Shown: positions 30,860-39,666 of the stretch, in pieces
Numbering within the stretch: position 1 is the stretch's first letter
How the letters are laid out: the number at the start of each line of letters is the position of its first letter
Assembly (NCBI GenBank): GCA_051652765.1
Contig: JBOFUV010000115.1
Coordinates: forward strand, 1 to 64,000
Direction of reading: 5' to 3'
From: Microcoleaceae cyanobacterium
GTDB lineage: Bacteria > Cyanobacteriota > Cyanobacteriia > Cyanobacteriales > Microcoleaceae
DNA length: 64,000 nt
The notes under the pieces: model-generated
Told to the model about the DNA's origin: nothing
The model's input: the letters and a program-made list of their open reading frames with translations, nothing else
Databases searched by the model: none
Program-made: the position numbers and the translations under genes

Positions 30860-33800
30860 CTATTCGCGTCTCAGGCCCAAGCTTTGCTTCAACTGTTCTA
30901 AAAGCTCTACCATTGAGATTCGACTGGGGAAAATTTTGATTTTCATCGGGTCAACTAAATGCTGAATACGGGCAGACAGTTCCGACCGATCTTCTGAGGT
31001 TTCTTGATCTGGGGATTCACTAATTCCCACCCTAAAATTAGATTGGTCAAAAATGATAATCGGCGGTTTAGTTCTGACTTCCTGCAGGCTAGCGAGCTTT
31101 TGAACCAATACCTCTGACGTAGAATCTCGGGCACAAATCAGCAGTAAATCCACGCTCTGACATTGAATTTGTTGGAGAACCTCCATCCAGGAATGACTCA
31201 TTGAACCCCGAAATCCGGCAGTTTGTAGATATTGCACCAAGGCTCGGTCAATCCTTGAAGTTGGATCGCAGTTTAGAAAAGGATCAGGGCTGGACATAGG
31301 GCAGTCTATTTCAGGGGGTTTGACTTCATGGTGTTCAGCTTTGGACTGAAGATTAGGGTGAGTTCCAGTTCCCAAGTCAGCCAAACTGCCCAAGTCAACC
31401 ACTAGAATATTAGGCTTCCAGGTCATCCCAACGGCAACTTGAATGGCTTGTAATAGGGAAGACAGAGGGCGGGGAGTTGTAGAGGCATTCTGTTCACCCG
31501 GTTGGGCAATGAGACAGGGAAACACGGCCAGGTTTTCAACTTGATTTGCCATTTGGGTCGTTGTTGAATCCAAGGTGATCAATGGGATTTCCATTAAGTA
31601 AGACTGCTGACTGAAATCCTGAAAGAACTGAACCAGAATCGGTTCAGAGGCATTCACTTGCAACACAGTGACATCAGGATGCCAAATCCGAGCAATTAAC
31701 TCAGCTTGATCGAGATCATCAGCTTCCAACACCCGACAGGGGGAAAAGTGATTTAACACCGCAGAGGCATAATCAACGGAGGTCGCTTCGCTGCAAGATG
31801 TTGGAGCTTGAGCCGGTGGCACCTCTAGATCGACCGGGTTTAGCCAAAGAATCGTCAATCGTTGTTGGAGAGATTGGGGGGCAACACAGGGATTCAATAT
31901 AGCCAAGATCTTCTGCAACTCTGATTTTTGGACAGGCACACTCAGAAACCCGTCACAATGATTGGAGAGAGCCCGTTTTTTTTCTCCCAAGGTTGCCGTG
32001 ATGATCAGTGGAATTTGGCGCGTGTGGGGATCTGTTTTCAGCAACGTTAGAACATCCCACCCTGACAACAACGGCAATAAAGGATTAAGGAAAATCACCC
32101 GAGGCTGCAACCGTCGCGCTTTTTCAACAGCTTCGGTGCCCGAACGAGCAACCACCACTCGATAGCCAAAATGGGTCAACTGATCAGTTAAATCGTGAAT
32201 AAAGCGAGATGCCGCTTCTACAATCAAGACGAGGCGAGACTGAGTTTGGGGGGGAGAAGTTTGGCCGGACTCAGGAACCCTAGCATAGGTTAGGGGCGAA
32301 GTCTGGCAATCCCCTACAGGATAACGAGGGGGTTCCCAGTCTCTTTGGGGAGGGCTAGGGGGCAGTAGCAATGTAAATTCACTGCCTTGACCCTGTTTAG
32401 AGATAAAGCTAACATCTCCCCCATGGAGCCGAGCTAGGCGCTGAGTCAAGACTAATCCCAGTCCAGTTCCTTCAAACTGTCGAGTCAGAGGACTCTCAAG
32501 CTGCTGGAATTTTTGAAAGATCAGATGTTGTTTGTCTTCAGGAATGCCAATTCCTGTATCCCACACTGTGAAAGCAATCCAGTCTTCCCAATGGCTGACG
32601 CGCAAGCCAATATCTCCTTGATTTGGGGTGAACTTCAGGGCGTTAGACAGCAGATTGACCAACATTTGTTGCAGTCGCAGCTCATCAGCAACAATTAGGG
32701 TTAAACCGGCCTCAATCTCTAAATGAAACCGTCGTTGGGGATCGGGATCTGAGGGGGTCGCAGCAGCAACGGCAGGTTCTGAACGACGTTGGAGTTTTAG
32801 GACAGCTTCAAAGGCGCGATCGCAAATTTCTTGAATTTGAACAGTTTCTGGAGCCAAGTCAAGTTGGCCTGTCTCCATGCGGGTTAGATCCAGAATGTCA
32901 TTGACCACCATCATTAAGTGGCGGCCACTCTGATGAATCAGTTGAGCATAGCGGAGTTGGCGATCATTCAATACACCAATAGCCCGCTCCTTCAACAAAC
33001 TCGAGAGTCCTAAAACTGCGGTCAGTGGAGTCTTGAGTTCATGGCTAATGCAGGCCAAAAACTCATCCTTGAGACGGTTTAGCTGCGTCAGATCAGCATT
33101 CTTCGCGGCCAGTTCTTGGGCAACTCGGTGCTGTTCTGTAATATCCTGAGCCATCACCAACCACAGTCGAACAGACAGACCAACTTGAGTATTCATAGGC
33201 AGCAGGGTTTCAGACCCTCGCTGTCCATCATCATAGGCATCACCATCTAGGGGCTGCCGAATAAATTGCCAAACGCGCTCCTGATCCTCCGGAACCGGAC
33301 AGACACAAATATAGGTATCCGGTTGAGTGCCGGGATGACACCACTGCGGGAGTTTTGCCTTGGGTTTGAGTTTAAGTTCACAGGCTAAAGGAGCTGTTAA
33401 GAACAGATCCTCCAGTGCTTCTTTCTGCCAACGTTGCTCCAAACCAGCCTCAGGATTGGATTGAGAATAAGCAGACGACACCAAAGGGTCAGCAACCCGG
33501 TGACTGGTGGCAAAATGATTAGTCGCGAAGCGAGAGGATCGAGTCTTTAGCTCTGCAGAAATCTCTTGATCCTGAAACGTTGAGAACCATTGGGCTAGGG
33601 TTGCTGCGGTTTCCCGCACGATCAAATGCTCCTGACCGATCTGCAACTGCCAAGCTTGATTCTGATGTACAACCTCTCCCGTCTCCAGTTGGAGCATCAG
33701 GGGAATGGGGAACTGCTCTAGCAATTGGAGTAGAGCATCGGGAATCTTAAAAGGGGAGAGTTGTCTTTGGGGATGCAGCGGCTGGGTCAGGTTCGTGCTT

Positions 33801-34387
33801 AATTCTTGAGGATGGGTCGCCATCCATTGCAAGAGACCCAAACTATCCAGCAATCCCAGAAAACGGCCTGAGGAATTAACCAAGGCCAATTGAGGGGTGG
33901 ACTGAACCGATCCCGCCCTGGGAAAGTCCTGCTGCAAATCTTGCAAGTATGTCCAGAACTTTGACCAATCCAATTCAATTGAAACAGGTCGAACAGGTTC
34001 TAGAATCAAGTCAGCTACCCTCTCTAAGGTGTGTTGCCAATGGGTTAGATCTCCTAACCCAGCCTCTGAAGAAACCTCCTGAGAACTCCGAGAACCCTGA
34101 GAAAACACTACCTGGGCTAGATGAAGCGGATTGCCCTGGCCTAAAGCAGGAAGAGTCGGAAATAGATAAGCCAGGAGGCGACCCAGGCTCACAAGGTTTC
34201 TAGGACATTGCCCTTGATCGAGGACGACAATGTGACTGCAACTCTCTCGACAAAACACTGACCAAACATCAGCAACTGTATCTGTTGACGAACAAACAGG
34301 GACAGGTTGACAAAATGTTTGTAGAAGGGATGGGGGAGGCATGTAGAAAATAGTATTAACTGCTGAGAAATCTACTTGTTCCTCCAT
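30860..34387 (-). CDS. Hybrid sensor histidine kinase with CBS-like N-terminus and C-terminal (pseudo)receiver domains
   Basis: H-box ISHELKTPL, N-box NLLSNALKFT, G1 DTGIGI, G2 GTGLGL, followed by receiver-like segments. Confidence 0.9.
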   Translation of the reverse strand: MEEQVDFSAVNTIFYMPPPSLLQTFCQPVPVCSSTDTVADVWSVFCRESCSHIVVLDQGQCPRNLVSLGRLLAYLFPTLPALGQGNPLHLAQVVFSQGSRSSQEVSSEAGLGDLTHWQHTLERVADLILEPVRPVSIELDWSKFWTYLQDLQQDFPRAGSVQSTPQLALVNSSGRFLGLLDSLGLLQWMATHPQELSTNLTQPLHPQRQLSPFKIPDALLQLLEQFPIPLMLQLETGEVVHQNQAWQLQIGQEHLIVRETAATLAQWFSTFQDQEISAELKTRSSRFATNHFATSHRVADPLVSSAYSQSNPEAGLEQRWQKEALEDLFLTAPLACELKLKPKAKLPQWCHPGTQPDTYICVCPVPEDQERVWQFIRQPLDGDAYDDGQRGSETLLPMNTQVGLSVRLWLVMAQDITEQHRVAQELAAKNADLTQLNRLKDEFLACISHELKTPLTAVLGLSSLLKERAIGVLNDRQLRYAQLIHQSGRHLMMVVNDILDLTRMETGQLDLAPETVQIQEICDRAFEAVLKLQRRSEPAVAAATPSDPDPQRRFHLEIEAGLTLIVADELRLQQMLVNLLSNALKFTPNQGDIGLRVSHWEDWIAFTVWDTGIGIPEDKQHLIFQKFQQLESPLTRQFEGTGLGLVLTQRLARLHGGDVSFISKQGQGSEFTLLLPPSPPQRDWEPPRYPVGDCQTSPLTYARVPESGQTSPPQTQSRLVLIVEAASRFIHDLTDQLTHFGYRVVVARSGTEAVEKARRLQPRVIFLNPLLPLLSGWDVLTLLKTDPHTRQIPLIITATLGEKKRALSNHCDGFLSVPVQKSELQKILAILNPCVAPQSLQQRLTILWLNPVDLEVPPAQAPTSCSEATSVDYASAVLNHFSPCRVLEADDLDQAELIARIWHPDVTVLQVNASEPILVQFFQDFSQQSYLMEIPLITLDSTTTQMANQVENLAVFPCLIAQPGEQNASTTPRPLSSLLQAIQVAVGMTWKPNILVVDLGSLADLGTGTHPNLQSKAEHHEVKPPEIDCPMSSPDPFLNCDPTSRIDRALVQYLQTAGFRGSMSHSWMEVLQQIQCQSVDLLLICARDSTSEVLVQKLASLQEVRTKPPIIIFDQSNFRVGISESPDQETSEDRSELSARIQHLVDPMKIKIFPSRISMVELLEQLKQSLGLRRE

Positions 34388-34695
34388 CCTTTTCGAGAAA
34401 AGCAGTATAGGAGGATCATTTAACCCTAAAAATTAAAAGACTAAGGATGTAACTATCAATAGCTTCTGTTGTTAGAGTAGCGCTATGACTTGTTAAATCG
34501 TATGTCAAAAAATCAGCCTAAAACCCTCACTAGAAAAGGGGTTTAGTTGTTAAGCTAGCTCTTGGGCTTCTTTAGCTTTTCTTCAGAGCAATCCGATTCT
34601 TGAGATGAATACTTCTATTTTTCAAAATTTATTTAGCTTTACTAAGCTACATTGCTAAATCATAATCTTCCTTAAGAAAGACCAGATTAAATGTT

Positions 34696-35097
34696 ATGAA
34701 AATACTGCCGATTCGACTGAAACCGGATCAAGACCTCAAACTAAGCCTAGAAGAGTTAACCAAAACCCATCTCCTTCAAGCAGGTTTTATTCTGACCGCC
34801 GTAGGGAGCTTGAAGCAGGCAACCCTCCGATTTGCCGATCAGTCCACCAGCACCTGCTGGCCCCAAAAGTTTGAAATTGTTTCCCTGGTCGGAACCCTTT
34901 CTGTTCACGGGGTTCATCTTCACATTGCTTTGGCCGACAGTCAGGGACAAACCTGGGGAGGACATTTACAGATGGGATGCCTAGTCTACACTACGGCTGA
35001 AATTGTTTTGGGAATCAGTGAAGCACATGTTTTTGATCGAACTCTAGATGATCTGACTGGGTTTCGTGAGTTAGACATCATTTGTACTCAAGGCTAG
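34696..35097 (+). CDS. PPC/DUF296 domain protein
   Basis: RLKPDQDL, AVGSL, FEIVSLVGTL, HLHIAL, GGHL, TTAEI. Confidence 0.9.
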   Translation: MKILPIRLKPDQDLKLSLEELTKTHLLQAGFILTAVGSLKQATLRFADQSTSTCWPQKFEIVSLVGTLSVHGVHLHIALADSQGQTWGGHLQMGCLVYTTAEIVLGISEAHVFDRTLDDLTGFRELDIICTQG

Positions 35098-35117
35098 TCT
35101 AAATCCTAGTCTAGATC

Positions 35118-36227
35118 CTAGTCTAAAATTGAGCCGAGGGCCTCTGAAAGGTAGTTGGCTGTTGCTTCAACTAGGGCGATCGCACTTTCGTACTTCATGC
35201 GGGTTGGCCCCAAGACACTCACACTCCCAGCGGGTTGGGTTTCTTGATAATATTGGGCTGAAATCAAAGTACAACTTTGAATCGGTTCTAGAGGGTTTTC
35301 TGACCCAATCCGTACCTTCACTTGCCCTTGCTTCCCGACTGGGGAAATCAGGGGCCACAGTTGCTCGGGTTCATCCTCGATCAGGTGAATAATGGTTTGA
35401 GTCTGCTGCACTTGAGAAAACTCCGGCAAGCGCAACACCTCTGATACCCCACTAAATTGAATCCGCCCGTACTCCGGCGGCTGACCCTGACTTTCCAAAT
35501 CCGTCAAGAGTCTACAGAGTAAATTGGCATAACATTGGAACTCTCGATCCAACTCATTCCAATCGAGTGTCGAAAACTCAGTTAAGGCTCGTCCCCGCAG
35601 ATGGCGATTGAGGAAGTTGGACAGGACTTGTAACTCTTGCTCAATCAGCTCTTCGCTCTCAGGCAAGGTCTCCGAACCAAACTCTGAATGGGCCGAGTTG
35701 CCAGTGTGGGTCGGCAGTTCCATGACGACAGACTGGGTTTGATAAGTATCGGTCACGACCATTAACATCACCTTTCCTGGCTCAATCGAAATCAATTGTA
35801 AATGCCGGAGACAAGTAGCTTGAGTTTGGGGTATGGTAATCAGAGTTAGATAACCGCTTAAGGTGGCCAGAATTTGGGCGGCTCCTCGTACAATCGCCTC
35901 TATACTACATTTTCCTAATTTGAGATGCGATCGCAGCAATTGATTCACAGCCTCGGCTGAGGAGCCAGAAGGGGTCATGAGCTGGTCAACATAAATCCGA
36001 TACCCAGAATCTGACGGAACTCGACCGGCTGAAGTATGGGGCTGATAGAGCAGTCCTGCCCGCTCCAAAGCACCCATCCCACTCCGAATCGTTGCAGGAC
36101 TTACATTCAGGTTGTATTCTGCGCCCAAAGCCTTTGATCCAACAGGCTCAGCCGTTTCAATGTAGTGACGGATTGTGGCCCAAAGAATCCGCTGTTGCCG
36201 CTGAGTTAACTTAACTGATGCTGCCAT
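35118..36227 (-). CDS. hrcA: Heat-inducible transcription repressor
   Basis: [45 protein letters not shown]. Confidence 0.95.
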   Translation of the reverse strand: MAASVKLTQRQQRILWATIRHYIETAEPVGSKALGAEYNLNVSPATIRSGMGALERAGLLYQPHTSAGRVPSDSGYRIYVDQLMTPSGSSAEAVNQLLRSHLKLGKCSIEAIVRGAAQILATLSGYLTLITIPQTQATCLRHLQLISIEPGKVMLMVVTDTYQTQSVVMELPTHTGNSAHSEFGSETLPESEELIEQELQVLSNFLNRHLRGRALTEFSTLDWNELDREFQCYANLLCRLLTDLESQGQPPEYGRIQFSGVSEVLRLPEFSQVQQTQTIIHLIEDEPEQLWPLISPVGKQGQVKVRIGSENPLEPIQSCTLISAQYYQETQPAGSVSVLGPTRMKYESAIALVEATANYLSEALGSILD

Positions 36228-36427
36228 TGAATGTTATTGAGTTTGGTTTTAGTGAAGTAGCTGATCTAAAAAAACAGAACCAGATCGAGTAACCCTGAAT
36301 CAATAATGAGTGACAAACGAAACTGGGCAGCCCATCCCCAACTGCGGGAGAATTGCCTAGGCTCGCAAATCAGAAAAGTTTTCATTCAAGATAGCAGATA
36401 TTCAAACTCTAGATAGCACCTTAGGAT

Positions 36428-36799
36428 CTACCAACCTACTTCAGCCTGTTGAGTAACATAGGCGGCAACATCATCAATCTGCTTGGGCGAGAGGCGGCCC
36501 TTAAAAGCAGGCATGACGTTTCTACCATTGGTGATTTGGTAGGTGATTGCCAGTTCGGCATTTTCAGCGAAGTCCTTGAGGTATTTCTGCAAGGCACTTT
36601 TCTGTAAGGTTTTACTCGCAACAATCACGTTTCGACCCCCCATATGACAAGCCGTACAGTTTGCCGAGAAGACTCTAGCACCACTATTAACATTCCCAGC
36701 CCAGGCATTACTCCCAGTTGCTAGACCAGCGATTAAAACTGATCCAACGACTAGGGTCATTAGCAAAAATCGTTCAAAGAATTTAAACAGTATTTTCAT
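36428..36799 (-). CDS. petJ: Cytochrome c6
   Basis: Signal peptide ending AWA; heme motif CTACH, GGRN, axial Met in MPAF. Confidence 0.9.
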   Translation of the reverse strand: MKILFKFFERFLLMTLVVGSVLIAGLATGSNAWAGNVNSGARVFSANCTACHMGGRNVIVASKTLQKSALQKYLKDFAENAELAITYQITNGRNVMPAFKGRLSPKQIDDVAAYVTQQAEVGW

Positions 36800-36961
36800 C
36801 GGCAAGACTCTATAAAAAATTCTCTCTTGATCACTCAGAGGCTGATTGCAGCATTATCCAAGCAAATCAGACGACTCTAGTTAATCAAGAGAGAAAATTT
36901 GGATGGCGTTGGCGAGCACCAAGCCAAACTGTGTAGTCTACAAAGTAATCAACAAAAAGAA

Positions 36962-37375
36962 CTACTTCGCAAGGGTGATTTTAGCAACCATACCTGCTCC
37001 TCGGTGAGGCTGGCAGTAGTACTCATAGGTTCCTGGTGGCATATCATCAGTAAAAGTCACCTTGAAATCTTCACCGGGCTTGTAGAGCAACTGTTCATGG
37101 GATAACTTGGCTGCAACCTCAGCACTTGGGGCTTTAGCCTTATCAAAGACAACGTTGTGGGGAGGGAGCTTGTTGTTAACGAAATCAACTGTATCTCCAG
37201 GCTTGACGGTTAGAGCCTTGGGTTCAAAGGCCAACATCCCGTTGTCAGCACCCATTTTTACAGAATAAGTTTCAGCAGCAGCGGGTGCAATATTGAGAAT
37301 GAAGCTGCTAACTACGAGCAGAACGACGGACAGACCTAAAGCAACTCGCTTGGAAATAGATAAAGCAGAATGCAT
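36962..37375 (-). CDS. petE: Plastocyanin
   Basis: Cu ligands PHN and [10 protein letters not shown]; signal ending AAAE. Confidence 0.97.
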   Translation of the reverse strand: MHSALSISKRVALGLSVVLLVVSSFILNIAPAAAETYSVKMGADNGMLAFEPKALTVKPGDTVDFVNNKLPPHNVVFDKAKAPSAEVAAKLSHEQLLYKPGEDFKVTFTDDMPPGTYEYYCQPHRGAGMVAKITLAK

Positions 37376-37579
37376 TTTTTTCTCTGTTAAATTTTCAACA
37401 ACACTTTCAATCTCTATGATAAACCTTTAGCTGTCTTAAGGTTCACAATCTATGGAAGAACCCGGTTAACACAGACTTTCTGGATTGGATGTCTTAGCAG
37501 TGTGTGGGTTGCCTAGAAATCTTGTTTCCTTGCCTTGTTAGAAATAGACAAAATTGATTGAGATCATGGGCCGCAAGAC

Positions 37580-37695
37580 TATAACGATCCTAAGTCAATC
37601 ATGAGAGATCTTAAAGAGGGGTTTGGGGACGAAGTCCTCAAGGAGGGAGCAACACCCCTTCTACCCCTTCTCACAAATCATTTGAGATTGCTATA
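37580..37695 (+). mobile_element. ~116-bp MITE-like element, copy 1
   Basis: Imperfect terminal inverted repeats TATAACGATCCTAAGTCAATCATGAGA / TCTCACAAATCATTTGAGATTGCTATA; internal hairpin TTGGGGAC-GAA-GTCCTCAA; second copy inverted at 62671-62787. Confidence 0.7.
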
Positions 37696-37924
37696 CAAGC
37701 AGAAAAGATTATGGACAGACCACTCGTTACATCCGTCAGTTTCATAAATTCTTTGACTCAATCTGATAAAGGGAATAGTGCAATAAACGTTCCTCTATAT
37801 GACTAATTTGCTCCCCGAACCCGAGCCCTACCGTTCTCCTGGGCTTCCGTTATACTCAAGTCAACTAAAAGTTTTGGGTTCGTGCAAATATCAAGGCACG
37901 AAGTATTTGAGCAAGGGGAACTGT

Positions 37925-38641
37925 ATGGATGAACAACGTCTAGAAACATTAATTTTTGAGTTATGCCAATCCGAACCTGGAAGCAACCACCGCCGAAAAT
38001 GCTTCAGCAGATTGATCATCTCAATCCAGAAACATCCAAAGCTCTACCGCTCCTGTCATGAAGATTATCCAGAAGCCCAGAACCTCACCTGGGAGTGGGC
38101 GTTCAAAAATATCGATGCCTTTGAACCCCGGTCTGCCTCCACCGTTGACAGCTTTTTAGTTTGGATTAATGGTTATCTGAAATGGCGCGTTCGAGATCTC
38201 TTTGCCCCAGACTCCAAATACCACGATGAGACTTCTCTGGATCAGCCTGTTGGTTCCTCAGAAGATCCAGTCACCCTTGGAGATCTGCTCCCTGGACGGT
38301 TCCGGAACGATCTGGACGACCTGATCGAGCAAGCACAACAGGAACAACGGCATCGCCTCGGAGAAGCCATCTGGGACTATATCGAACACGATCCAGAGCA
38401 CAAGCTAAAACACTGCCACCTCCGCGATCATCCAGACTGTAACGCCCAAGTGCTAGCCATTCGACTATTGCTCAAAGATCCACCCCAACGGATTCGAGAT
38501 CTTGCTAGAGAGTTTGAGATCAGCGATCAAACTCTCTATAGTCACTGGAAGAGAAAGTGCATACCTCTATTGCAAAGTATTTCCCAAAGTATTTCCCAAA
38601 GTATTTCCCAAGATCTTGCCCATCATTCTGGAGAAATTTAG
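37925..38641 (+). CDS. Sigma70/ECF-like RNA polymerase sigma factor
   Basis: Sigma2-like 'YPEAQNLTWEWAFKNIDAFEP...FLVWINGYLKWRVRD', 'SLDQP', and C-terminal HTH 'IRDLAREFEISDQTLYSHW'; start at MDEQRL with AAGGGG upstream. Confidence 0.75.
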   Translation: MDEQRLETLIFELCQSEPGSNHRRKCFSRLIISIQKHPKLYRSCHEDYPEAQNLTWEWAFKNIDAFEPRSASTVDSFLVWINGYLKWRVRDLFAPDSKYHDETSLDQPVGSSEDPVTLGDLLPGRFRNDLDDLIEQAQQEQRHRLGEAIWDYIEHDPEHKLKHCHLRDHPDCNAQVLAIRLLLKDPPQRIRDLAREFEISDQTLYSHWKRKCIPLLQSISQSISQSISQDLAHHSGEI

Positions 38642-38643
38642 CC

Positions 38644-39642
38644 ATGAATTCCACTCAATCTGAAGCCTTAACCGTGTTGTTGGAAAAGCACGCCCATACG
38701 TTTGCCAAACGATTTGCCTCAGAACAGGCCAACCCTCAAAAAGGCAAACAAGTTTATCTCAATACTTTAGCCGTTTACGCCGTCCATTCCTATCTCAAAT
38801 GGTTGGATATTAAAACGAATTTGGATCGTGGAGAAAGCTGGAATGCTGGCTTGAGAGCGACTTTTAATGTTGCTGATTTGGTTCTTCCGGGTGTGGGCAA
38901 ATTAGAATGTTGTCCGGTGTTATCCGGTGATGAAATTTTAATGATTGCCGATGAGGTTCTAGACGATCGAATTGGCTATGTTGTTGTTCAATTTGATGAT
39001 GATTTAAATCAAGCTCAACTGTTAGGATTTGTTCCTAATAGAAAGCTCTCTCAACCGCCTAAACCCATTCCCTTGAATCATTTACAATCCCTGGATGAAT
39101 TAATTGACACGATTGCTTGGCATGAACGTTGGGCAAAACTCTGGGGTACATTGGAGAAGTGGCAACCTGCTGAATTGCTCTACGCTCAATCCATGGGTGC
39201 CAGATTTGCTAATAAGCTAGCGAGTTCACCGACTCGAGCCACCGGAATTCGTTCTGCTTTATCTGAACGCAGTATTACCCGAGGGAAGTTAGTGACGCTT
39301 AGATCTGAATCGGCATCTGAGATCTCTTCTTCCTTGGATTTCCCTACGTTTGACTCCACACTAAATGAGGATCAAAACCTGCTTTTGACTCTCAGTGTGA
39401 GCGATCGCTCTCTGGAAGAAATTGATATTAGTTTGCGAATTTATCCCTATGGAGAAGTTGAACACCTCCCTACTGGGTTGCAAATTGCGGTGATTGATGA
39501 AACTGGAACCCCTCAAATGAATGCCCAAGCGCGGGATGCTGATGATTGGATTCAGTTAGAGTTTAGTTGTCAGCCGGATGAAACCTTTAGTGTGCAGATC
39601 GACCTAGGAAATCAAACCTTGATTGAGCAATTTACAGTGTAA
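38644..39642 (+). CDS. DUF1822 family protein (putative anti-sigma / protease substrate)
   Basis: Motifs 'VYLNTLAVYAVHSYL', 'ADLVLPGVGKLECCPV', 'DRIGYVVVQF', 'LPTGLQIAVIDE' and 'WIQLEFS...FSVQI'; begins 2 bp after the sigma stop. Confidence 0.8.
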   Translation: MNSTQSEALTVLLEKHAHTFAKRFASEQANPQKGKQVYLNTLAVYAVHSYLKWLDIKTNLDRGESWNAGLRATFNVADLVLPGVGKLECCPVLSGDEILMIADEVLDDRIGYVVVQFDDDLNQAQLLGFVPNRKLSQPPKPIPLNHLQSLDELIDTIAWHERWAKLWGTLEKWQPAELLYAQSMGARFANKLASSPTRATGIRSALSERSITRGKLVTLRSESASEISSSLDFPTFDSTLNEDQNLLLTLSVSDRSLEEIDISLRIYPYGEVEHLPTGLQIAVIDETGTPQMNAQARDADDWIQLEFSCQPDETFSVQIDLGNQTLIEQFTV

Positions 39643-39666
39643 ATTCATTAAACCTATGTCAAACTT

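Noticed and set aside
35118..36427. CIRCE operator near hrcA
   Set aside because: No TTAGCACTC-N9-GAGTGCTAA seen, and no groESL in the window.
38557..38643. N-terminal 'KYFPKYFPKYFP' extension of DUF1822, suggesting overlap or a frameshift fusion with the sigma factor
   Set aside because: It is the alternative-frame reading of the 12-bp repeat in the sigma 3' end; an in-frame ATG at 38644 follows the sigma stop.
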